This document shows positions 50,598 to 58,589 of a stretch of DNA of 60,517 nt, piece after piece; the first letter of the stretch is position 1; each line of letters opens with the position of its first letter. The stretch covers positions 1 through 60,517 of the forward strand of contig JANTGK010000003.1 in the NCBI GenBank assembly GCA_024762935.1, in the 5' to 3' direction. Origin of the DNA: Candidatus Peregrinibacteria bacterium. Lineage in GTDB: Bacteria > Patescibacteriota > Gracilibacteria > CAIRYL01 > GCA-016699755. Position numbers and translations under genes: made by a program. A model generated the notes under the pieces. The model searched no databases. It saw nothing but the letters and a program-made list of their open reading frames with translations, and was not told the DNA's origin.

Positions 50598-53500
50598 ATG
50601 AGCATCTGCCCACAATGCCAAGCATCAAATAAACAAGAAAGCCGATTTTGCAAAAAATGTGGGTCGCCGATTCCTGCAAAAAAGCAAATCCCCACAGAAG
50701 AGCCGACTCCCCCTCCTACAACACAGTGGACTTTCAAAAAGCTCATAACACATATTCTCAAAGAAACATTTCGTTCACTGATAAAGAGTATCCCCATGTC
50801 GATTCTTTTTTTTGTACTGGGAATTCTTCTTCAGATTTTTATTCCTCTCGAAGGCGGAATTCTGGGGAAGCTAGGGAACAGTATTGTTGGATCACTCTTT
50901 TGGACCTTTATTTCCGGTTCATTTTTTATACTGATTGGTTCTTTTCGGAAAAAGGGAATATTTGGAACCCTTAAAGAATTTTTCTGCATTCCAAGAGATA
51001 TTATTCGATATATGTGGAGCACTGGAATTGGGTCATTTATTATTATTTTTAGTGGAATAGGTCTCGCTCTCACAACAGGAAGTATGGTACAAGGCAGTAG
51101 CAGCGTCCTTATCGCCCTTGGTCTGACCATGACATTCTCTTCCGCCTTTGGTCGTGGATTAGCAGTACTCATCCAAACAACATGGGGAACCATCAGTCAG
51201 ATACGAGGGAAAAAAGATTCAAATCCTCAGATGAACTTCGGACTTGCCGCTTCATATGTCGTTATGATTGGAAGTATTCTTGGTTTTATTGCAAATTCCC
51301 TTTTTATACAAGACTCCTTCATTCAGCTGGCTTCAGGAATTACACTCCTTGTTTTTTCTTTTATTCTCCTGAGCAGAAAAGGACACTCTCAATCAGCACA
51401 AGCACTTGGTATTCTCTTTGGAGGAGTAGGAGTCTATCACTGTCTCGAAGTTATCCCTACCTTGGCTATGTCTCTTGGAGATATTGATAAAAGCTTACAA
51501 GTTTGCCAAATAGGAGATCCTACTTGTGACCCTTCGGCACATACAATCCCCGATACCCCCACCAGCCCTCCACAAGATGATAGCTCAGAAACAGTTGAAT
51601 ATATTTGGGATACCCATGACATTCCCGGATACGAAGAAGCCATCGATACATCTGTGCCCACATCTGCAGGAGGATGGTCGACTCTCAACAATGGCGAGCG
51701 CATATGCTGCAGCATGAATGGGTGTGTCTTTCCGGAAGGTTCGTTTGATAGTCGATGCAGCGGTGGTTCATCATCGGGAAATTTTATAGACTTTGAAAAT
51801 ATGACTTTTCTCGGAAGTGATCTTTTTTCTGTTCCAGAAACAGTAGAACAGGCAACTGAGCGTGCGGTCTATGGGACTCCATCAGGCATTGGGATAGCTC
51901 TTGGACCACTCGTGGGAAATGCCCTGAGCAATATCGGTCTTTCTGCTGGCGCATTACCTCTTTCTCCTCCACCGACTCCACCAACAGATACACCCCAAGG
52001 ACCAGAACCAAGAACTCCCGAAGAACAAGCAAGCTATAATGCACTTCGGTCCCTCGTCTCAAAAGTAAAGAAAATAGAAGACAAGACCCTCCGAAAGCTC
52101 CTTCTTCAAAAAATTAAGAAGGCTGCACAGCTTGATCAGCGAAGAGTCCCTTGTGGAGATATAAAGAGTATTGCAGAGAAAACAAAACAATATATCACCC
52201 GATGGAACGCTAAAAAACAAGCTCGACAAAAAGATGGGCTCCATGAAGCCATAGAAAAACTCAAAAATATTGATGTTGATGTCGATACAAAAAATCATCT
52301 CATAAAAGCAGTTAAAAAAGCTTCAAAAATCGATAAAAACCTTGTTCCACACGGAAACATGGAGCAAATCAATAGGATGCTTGATGCACAAATACGAGCC
52401 AGTCAAGATAAGCCAGGAAAATCATATTGGAAAGAAGTAGGGAAAAACTTTTCAAAAAATGTCGTAAAAGATGTCAAAACGCTCCCTGATTATGTTGTCG
52501 ATACGACAAATACGCTTATCGAGACAAGCAAAAAAGTGGGAGAAAATATATACAGAGAGGCAACAGACATAGATAACTACACAGCCCTCAAGACTGCTGC
52601 TGGACAAACCCTAAAAGATGTTCTCGGAAGTCCCATAAAATCTGCGAAAAAAGTGGGGAACTTTTATAAAACTGGTGCAGAAAAAACAGGTGAAATCCTC
52701 GGGAATATCACCGCAGCTATTGAGAAGGATCCGAAAATACTTCTTGAAGTGGGGAAAAACATAATTGGTCTCGATACATGGGAAAAAGTTATTGACCCCA
52801 ATAAACCTCTTGGTGATCGAATAGGGAATGCCATTTATGGAGCGGTAGATACAGTGTTAAACTTTGCTTCAGGAGGGTCTGCAAAAGCAGCCAAACTCGA
52901 TCATATTACTGACACACTGAAAACTGTTGAAAAAGTCGACGATGTTATTGATTCTGGGAAAATCACTACAACCGTCGCGAAAACAGGAGAAAAAATGAAA
53001 GAACTCTCTATTGCAGAAAAAGTCGAACAGAAACGAAAAATGATTCGTAAACTTGATGAAACAGAATATGACATGCTCAAAAAGGCAGATCGACTCGCCG
53101 AAAGCGAAGCAGACCTCAAGATAAAATCATTTGAAAGAGCTCTTAAAAAAGGAGACTCCGAGGCAACAAAACGGGCAGCCCTTGAAATTCAGAGAGACCC
53201 CCTTGCAAAACAAAAATGTAACATCCACGATGAAATTACCGATAGTGCTGGAAACATTACCGATCGGAAATTTGAAGTTGATGAAACAGTAAGGAAAGGA
53301 TTCAAAGATGAAATGAATGGAATCTATCATGAAGTCGACCACGAACTCACAAAAGGGCTTCGAAAACAAATGACTGAAAATCCGAAACAATTTAAAAAAG
53401 ATTTTGGCATTGATCCTGACACCGTCATCGATGAAAAGTTTATAGAAAAAATCGAAACAGGACTCAAAGAAAATCCTAAAGAATTTAAAAAAGAATTCTC

Positions 53501-54281
53501 AAAAAAATATGGAATGGACCCCGAAGAAGTCACAGACATAAAAGTGCAGACTCTCAGCGGAAAAAGAGAGTACGTAAAAGTAGATGCCGATCGAGATGCA
53601 GCTGTTCATGTAACGGTGATAGATAAAGATACAGGCATGCTGAAAAAAGTAGAAATAGCTGATAGAAAAGGTGTCCTCCAGAAACAACATGATGAAATAT
53701 TCTATGACAAAGCAGGAGGCGAAAAACACTATTCACATCTCTCAAAGAGTGAATTTGCAGAAGATATGGAACAAACAATCATCCACGCAAAACATAACGA
53801 AGGCTTTGGAAAAAATGCGAAACAAGTCCTCGAAGGAGACATTCGTGCTGAAAAAGATGCTTCTGCTATTAAGGGAGCCATGGAATTCAAGGGCACAAAA
53901 TTCCACAATGAGGCTGATGACCTTTTCGCTTCTGGAAACCTCGGAGCTGCATCCAAATCTCGTGGTGAAGCCATGCGTATGACCGTAAAGGAATCTGAAA
54001 TCGTTCAAATGCATATAGATTCCGTTTCTGATGAACTCACAGCCATGGGGAAAGTGGCTCCAAAAATGCCAGACCGCATTCAGAAGGGACTCGATATCAT
54101 GAAGGAAATCGGAAAACCACTTAAGGAGGGTGGGAAATTTAGCCCAGCCGATGCAGAGAAGGCACTTCGTGAAATAGGGATTACCTCCCGAGAAGTCACA
54201 AGCGGAGTTGCTGAAACATATGAGTCTCTCTATACATTGATGCCGAACAAACAAAAAATATTCTCTTCACTTCAGCCATAA
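50598..54281 (+). CDS. 1227-aa zinc-ribbon, multi-TM protein with a pre-toxin-like helix and an unknown C-terminal domain
   Basis: CPQC..CKKCG; about 7-8 TM helices; Cys/Pro-rich linker; internal repeats; RIGNAIYGAVDTVLNFASGGSAK; DADRD. Confidence 0.8.
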   Translation: MSICPQCQASNKQESRFCKKCGSPIPAKKQIPTEEPTPPPTTQWTFKKLITHILKETFRSLIKSIPMSILFFVLGILLQIFIPLEGGILGKLGNSIVGSLFWTFISGSFFILIGSFRKKGIFGTLKEFFCIPRDIIRYMWSTGIGSFIIIFSGIGLALTTGSMVQGSSSVLIALGLTMTFSSAFGRGLAVLIQTTWGTISQIRGKKDSNPQMNFGLAASYVVMIGSILGFIANSLFIQDSFIQLASGITLLVFSFILLSRKGHSQSAQALGILFGGVGVYHCLEVIPTLAMSLGDIDKSLQVCQIGDPTCDPSAHTIPDTPTSPPQDDSSETVEYIWDTHDIPGYEEAIDTSVPTSAGGWSTLNNGERICCSMNGCVFPEGSFDSRCSGGSSSGNFIDFENMTFLGSDLFSVPETVEQATERAVYGTPSGIGIALGPLVGNALSNIGLSAGALPLSPPPTPPTDTPQGPEPRTPEEQASYNALRSLVSKVKKIEDKTLRKLLLQKIKKAAQLDQRRVPCGDIKSIAEKTKQYITRWNAKKQARQKDGLHEAIEKLKNIDVDVDTKNHLIKAVKKASKIDKNLVPHGNMEQINRMLDAQIRASQDKPGKSYWKEVGKNFSKNVVKDVKTLPDYVVDTTNTLIETSKKVGENIYREATDIDNYTALKTAAGQTLKDVLGSPIKSAKKVGNFYKTGAEKTGEILGNITAAIEKDPKILLEVGKNIIGLDTWEKVIDPNKPLGDRIGNAIYGAVDTVLNFASGGSAKAAKLDHITDTLKTVEKVDDVIDSGKITTTVAKTGEKMKELSIAEKVEQKRKMIRKLDETEYDMLKKADRLAESEADLKIKSFERALKKGDSEATKRAALEIQRDPLAKQKCNIHDEITDSAGNITDRKFEVDETVRKGFKDEMNGIYHEVDHELTKGLRKQMTENPKQFKKDFGIDPDTVIDEKFIEKIETGLKENPKEFKKEFSKKYGMDPEEVTDIKVQTLSGKREYVKVDADRDAAVHVTVIDKDTGMLKKVEIADRKGVLQKQHDEIFYDKAGGEKHYSHLSKSEFAEDMEQTIIHAKHNEGFGKNAKQVLEGDIRAEKDASAIKGAMEFKGTKFHNEADDLFASGNLGAASKSRGEAMRMTVKESEIVQMHIDSVSDELTAMGKVAPKMPDRIQKGLDIMKEIGKPLKEGGKFSPADAEKALREIGITSREVTSGVAETYESLYTLMPNKQKIFSSLQP

Positions 54282-54284
54282 AAT

Positions 54285-55187
54285 ATGAAGGCAGATTCAT
54301 ACATTTTCTATCGGCCAAAAAAAGAATTCCTGCAAGAAATATCTCTTCCCGAGATAATATTCCCCGTGCGAAAAGAAAATGAGAAAAAGATATTTTCAAC
54401 AAAAAACCTAAAAATTGACCTTCTCTTCGAAGAACTTCTCTGCTTTCTCGATGCTCATCCCCAATATAAGAATCAGTACCGAGATCCTGTCGGCAAGCTG
54501 GCCTACCATATCGGCGTTCAACTCGGGAAACAAGGCAAACATGATCAAGCAAAAGAAATACTCGGGAATGGACTTGCACTGAATACGAACAATATCTCGC
54601 TTCGTACAAACTATGCCACCGCGCTCTTAAGTACTGGCGAAAAAGAAGCAGCAACAGTTGAATTTCTGAAGGTTATTCAGGACCCAAATGTTGGAGTCTC
54701 ACCACATGTTTGGATTCTCACAGCAAGACTCCTCGCAGATCAAAAGCAGTACAACACCGCTCAAGAGATCCTCGAAGAATGCAGTACCTTTTTTCCTGAA
54801 TCAGAAACTGACTTTTGGAATTTCTACAATTTTATCGATAAAAAATCAGACATCAAAAGAACTGAAGAAGAGAACATTGACGCTCTTTTTCAAGAAAATG
54901 AAATACCTGAAGAATATGATCTCAGCAAAAACGAAGATCCATTTAATGAGGAAGAAGGTAGTGCATTAGGAGAGAAAAAATCTTTCGCATCAGAAAAAAT
55001 TCTTTGTTCCCAATGTGGCACCCCTCTATCTGCTCACGAAAAGTTTTGTAAAAATTGTGGAACAAAAAAAAAGAGCACTCCTATAGCAAAGAAGGAGATA
55101 TTATTCTGTCCTCGGTGTGGAGCAAAAGTTATAAAAGGTGCCAAATTCTGTCAGAAATGCGGATATAGTCTCTACCAAAAGAAATAA
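54285..55187 (+). CDS. TPR-like plus double zinc-ribbon protein
   Basis: Helical TPR-like repeats (AYHIGV..QAKEIL, NYATAL..AATVEF); CSQCG..CKNCG and CPRCG..CQKCG. Confidence 0.8.
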   Translation: MKADSYIFYRPKKEFLQEISLPEIIFPVRKENEKKIFSTKNLKIDLLFEELLCFLDAHPQYKNQYRDPVGKLAYHIGVQLGKQGKHDQAKEILGNGLALNTNNISLRTNYATALLSTGEKEAATVEFLKVIQDPNVGVSPHVWILTARLLADQKQYNTAQEILEECSTFFPESETDFWNFYNFIDKKSDIKRTEEENIDALFQENEIPEEYDLSKNEDPFNEEEGSALGEKKSFASEKILCSQCGTPLSAHEKFCKNCGTKKKSTPIAKKEILFCPRCGAKVIKGAKFCQKCGYSLYQKK

Positions 55188-55249
55188 GAAAGCCTCATTT
55201 CTTCCTCTCTTTCTCCTCTTCTGGTACTATAGAGATGCTTTTTAAATCT

Positions 55250-55834
55250 ATGGAAATAATCGGTGGTCTTATCGGCCTTCTTGCAGCAGGTATAGGAATA
55301 TATATTGCTATCAAATTTACTATTGGAGTAGCTTTTCGAACAAAACCAAATCCAGATGCTTTGGTATTACCAGCTCATGAACTCAAATCAAAATTTCTTC
55401 TTTTAGGCCGAAAAAATCCTTTTGATGTCATGGAATCACCGGACAAAGATTTTGATATACAGGTCAGATGGGAAATTGTTGATGCGAAATGGAGAGAGAT
55501 TCTTGGAAAAGCATGGAAAAACCTTACCTACACCGCATACATTTCATTCGATGAAGAAAAAAAGGCAGTCAAATATTACGAGAGACTTATAGAAAAAGAT
55601 ATATCAATGGCACCCCTCCGCATTGAAAAAGAATCATATGTTCAAAAAGGCTTTCAAATAGATAAACGAATTCGGTCATTTCTTTATGGAATCAAAGAAG
55701 ATGGATCGATTGGTGAAGTGTATTCTTACGATTTTAATCCGAATGATATCAAAGGGGTTATGCGACAGATAGCAAATGAAAATGGCTGGTTTTTTGAACT
55801 CCATCTCTCTCGAAGAGGGGCAAAAAAGAAGTAA
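55250..55834 (+). CDS. Conserved hypothetical protein with an N-terminal TM anchor
   Basis: WEIVDAKW and GEVYSYDF..K..GW motifs; TGnTACTAT at 55222-55230 favours ATG 55250 over 55235. Confidence 0.65.
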   Translation: MEIIGGLIGLLAAGIGIYIAIKFTIGVAFRTKPNPDALVLPAHELKSKFLLLGRKNPFDVMESPDKDFDIQVRWEIVDAKWREILGKAWKNLTYTAYISFDEEKKAVKYYERLIEKDISMAPLRIEKESYVQKGFQIDKRIRSFLYGIKEDGSIGEVYSYDFNPNDIKGVMRQIANENGWFFELHLSRRGAKKK

Positions 55835-55851
55835 TACATTTTTTAAAAACT

Positions 55852-56169
55852 ATGAAAAATAGAGCAGAAAAAGTTATTTTTTGGATTCTCTTTGGGTATC
55901 TCATAGGGGGTCTTGCCTATATCCTCATAGAAGAATTTTTCTTTATCTCTTATCCAAATCAGCTCTCACTATTTTTTTCACCCGTTTACAACATCCCAGG
56001 AATTATTTCTATTTTTATAGCAGGTCTTTTTCCTTCATTAACAATAGGCTCTGAACTTGCCCTTTTTGGTTTTACCGTCATCGGAAACATCATCATCTTC
56101 CTTCTCTCGCTCTGTATTGCATACGCCATTGCTCGTATTGGATCTCTTTTGGGGAGACTTCTTCACTAA
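55852..56169 (+). CDS. Small hypothetical membrane protein
   Basis: 105 aa, about 3 TM helices. Confidence 0.6.
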   Translation: MKNRAEKVIFWILFGYLIGGLAYILIEEFFFISYPNQLSLFFSPVYNIPGIISIFIAGLFPSLTIGSELALFGFTVIGNIIIFLLSLCIAYAIARIGSLLGRLLH

Positions 56170-56508
56170 TGCAATGTACTGGCGTTACAAAACATATCTC
56201 TCCCCCTTTTTTTTAAAATTCCACTCTGCATTTGACACCCCCTCTTTTAAAAAGAGAGGTGAGGGGAGATTTTATAGCAGACCCAAAACTCGAACAATCT
56301 TAAATCTTTTTTTCTCCTGTCCCGAATATTAACGTATCGATAAGTCATTCCATATTCCATATTCTCTACCCCCACTCTACAGAGTACTGAATTTTTTATG
56401 GCATTAAAAATTGAGATTTATTTTAAAATTTAGAATTTTAAATTGGTGCTTTTTCTTACTCCGTAAATCTTCAATCCTTTTTCATTAATCGACCGTAAAC
56501 CTCCCACT

Positions 56509-57459
56509 CTACCCATTCATGTACTGGACAAAAAGCACTACAACAACAGAAATCGCAAGCCCAAAAATTACTTTCAACATATCTTTCCCAACAATCGGGA
56601 AGAGGTTCCTAAAGTGATAGTCTTTATTGGTAAGCGAAATAGCAAATTCTCTTCCAGCGAGAAGACCGACAAATACCCATGTTGTCGACATCGGAATATC
56701 ATTATACTGCTTAAAAAAGAGAAGCAAGAAAGCGTATGTGAGATCAATAAATGTAGCAGCTTTTACATAGGCGACATTTGTTTTTGTCAGAACGATATTC
56801 TGAATTTTCCCACCCCTCTTCCAGAAAATGTAACCGAGAGCAGCAGTAAGAATCACCAGAACAGTTACAAGTGTTTCAAACGGAAGAGCACGAGGAAGAA
56901 AGACAGCAATATTTGCTACATCATGTGAGAGCCAAGACCACCATAAAAAACCCGTTGCACACCATTGTGCCACCCGCCAAGTTTTTTCAGAAGAATGAGT
57001 CTCAGTTGTATTTTTTGTATTTTTTACAAAATGAAGAACCAGTATCCAAAGAGTGAAAGCCACCAATGCCGAGAGTCCATATCCAAGGAAAGACTTTACG
57101 AGAATCTTTTCAAATACAAGTGAAGATGCAAATGCTGAAAAAATAAGGAGTGAGGTAGAAACTGGAATTCCAAATTGGGTCAGCAGAACAAGCCCCAAAG
57201 GGGCAAGGGCATGATACCATTGAATTTCTTGATAAGGAATTTGTGAAAGTCTTCCATAAGAAATATCTCCACCATGCGCCACCCAACTATACGTAAGTGT
57301 AGCGATAAGAACAGCTGAAGCAGCAAGCCACAGATACTGCCATCGAACTTTTGCGTTTGATGCCATAAAAGTTCCAAGAGTCTGTACACTATCATTGGCA
57401 ATCACTGAATAAGCGGTGAGAATAAATCCAGTAGCCATTAATACAAAAGCGAAATCCAT
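56509..57459 (-). CDS. Multi-TM protein, distant PiT/PHO4-like transporter
   Basis: ANDSVQTLGT and SHDVANIA resemble the two PiT ND-x-AN motifs; PVSTS and PMSTT. Confidence 0.55.
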   Translation of the reverse strand: MDFAFVLMATGFILTAYSVIANDSVQTLGTFMASNAKVRWQYLWLAASAVLIATLTYSWVAHGGDISYGRLSQIPYQEIQWYHALAPLGLVLLTQFGIPVSTSLLIFSAFASSLVFEKILVKSFLGYGLSALVAFTLWILVLHFVKNTKNTTETHSSEKTWRVAQWCATGFLWWSWLSHDVANIAVFLPRALPFETLVTVLVILTAALGYIFWKRGGKIQNIVLTKTNVAYVKAATFIDLTYAFLLLFFKQYNDIPMSTTWVFVGLLAGREFAISLTNKDYHFRNLFPIVGKDMLKVIFGLAISVVVVLFVQYMNG

Positions 57460-57576
57460 TTCAAAAGTAAAATTATCCCCATAGTACTGTAAAGAGGAGA
57501 GAAATCAAGAAATAAATACAATGAGAAAAAGGAACCTCATCCATATTCAATACATTATTTTAGAGAGCTTTTTCCT

Positions 57577-57894
57577 CCATTTCATTTCGTAAAAAGTTCC
57601 TCCTCGTTCGCAGAAAATACAGAAACCTTGTTTCCTATTTCTGCTCTCTCGTCGTCATCGAACCATGGTTCTACTAAAAAATAGAAGATACTGGTTCATA
57701 AAACTATCTGTTCGGGCTGGATATTCTCACTCGAATATTCCATTTCATTTCATATTCAGCTCCGAGTTCTCGAATAATCGTCACTCAATTTTTTGCAAAA
57801 ATTGGCTTCTCATTTCTCGAGGCGAACCAGCTGGTTCGAATCTAAGGCAGGGCAAAACAAAACCCCTGAATCCCCTTTAGGAGTTCAGAGCTTT
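57577..57894. repeat. Degenerate tandem tRNA-linked repeat units
   Basis: CCATTTCATTTC at 57577 and 57740; CGAACC..GGTTC at 57659 and 57823; CGGGCTGGAT at 57713 matches tRNA 57903. Confidence 0.6.
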
Positions 57895-57969
57895 TGGCTG
57901 CCCGGGCTGGATTCGAACCAGCGAATGCGGGATTCAAAGTCCCGTGCCTTACCACTTGGCGACCGGGCA
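57895..57969 (-). tRNA. tRNA-Gln(TTG)
   Basis: TGCCCGGTCGCCAAGTGGTAAGGCACGGGACTTTGAATCCCGCATTCGCTGGTTCGAATCCAGCCCGGGCAGCCA; cloverleaf with encoded CCA. Confidence 0.96.
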
Positions 57970-58049
57970 ACGGTCACACTCATAAAATATGCCGGAACAT
58001 TCTTGCAAATGTGAAGAAAAAACTCAAGAATAAATATGTTCTTTCATAT

Positions 58050-58436
58050 CATAGGTGCAGATATCTGATTGCTGAGTCCAAATTGGACTTGGAGGAAAGT
58101 CCGGGCAACTTCGAATAAATGTGACGGCTAATGACCGTAGCTGGCGATGACAAGTCGTCGGTATGGAAAGTGCCACAGAGACAAAACGGAGTCTCGCAAG
58201 AGACTCCTAAGGTGAAAAGCCCGTATTGTGAAATATCCAAAACCGCATTCGGGAGTCTCCGAGTAATCGAAGACACTTGGTAAACCCCACATGTTGCAAG
58301 GCGGGATGGGAATGATGTTTTTATATGGTGATTCGACCAGAAAATATCATTGCCCGCCGCGAGAGCTGATATGCGAATATCAGCACAAGAGAGATAATCA
58401 GACATGACAGAACCCGGCTTATCGTCTGCACCTATG
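58050..58436 (+). ncRNA. rnpB: RNase P RNA (bacterial, type A-like)
   Basis: P1 CATAGGTGCAGA/TCTGCACCTATG; GAGGAAAGTCCGGGC; GAAAGTGCCACAGA; GGTAAACCCC; ACAGAACCCGGCTTA. Confidence 0.96.
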
Positions 58437-58589
58437 TACTTATCAACAAAAAGAAGTGAAAAAAATTACATAACTTTTTTGATTTATAAATAAATATCAA
58501 AATATTAATTTTGAACCTTTTTTTAAAAAAGTCTAGACATCAAACACTGAGGTGGTCTACTGTAGCTTTTGTCTTATTTTTTCCCTTTT

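Noticed and set aside
57713-57912. attL/attR of an integrated prophage or island at tRNA-Gln
   Set aside because: Only a 10-bp match 190 nt away, with no integrase or cargo between
57793-58405. Short ORFs over the tRNA and RNase P region
   Set aside because: They overlap structured RNA genes and are spurious
58500-58589. Riboswitch upstream of the CotH gene
   Set aside because: Only short palindromes (GTCTAGAC); no match to aptamer consensus sequences I know
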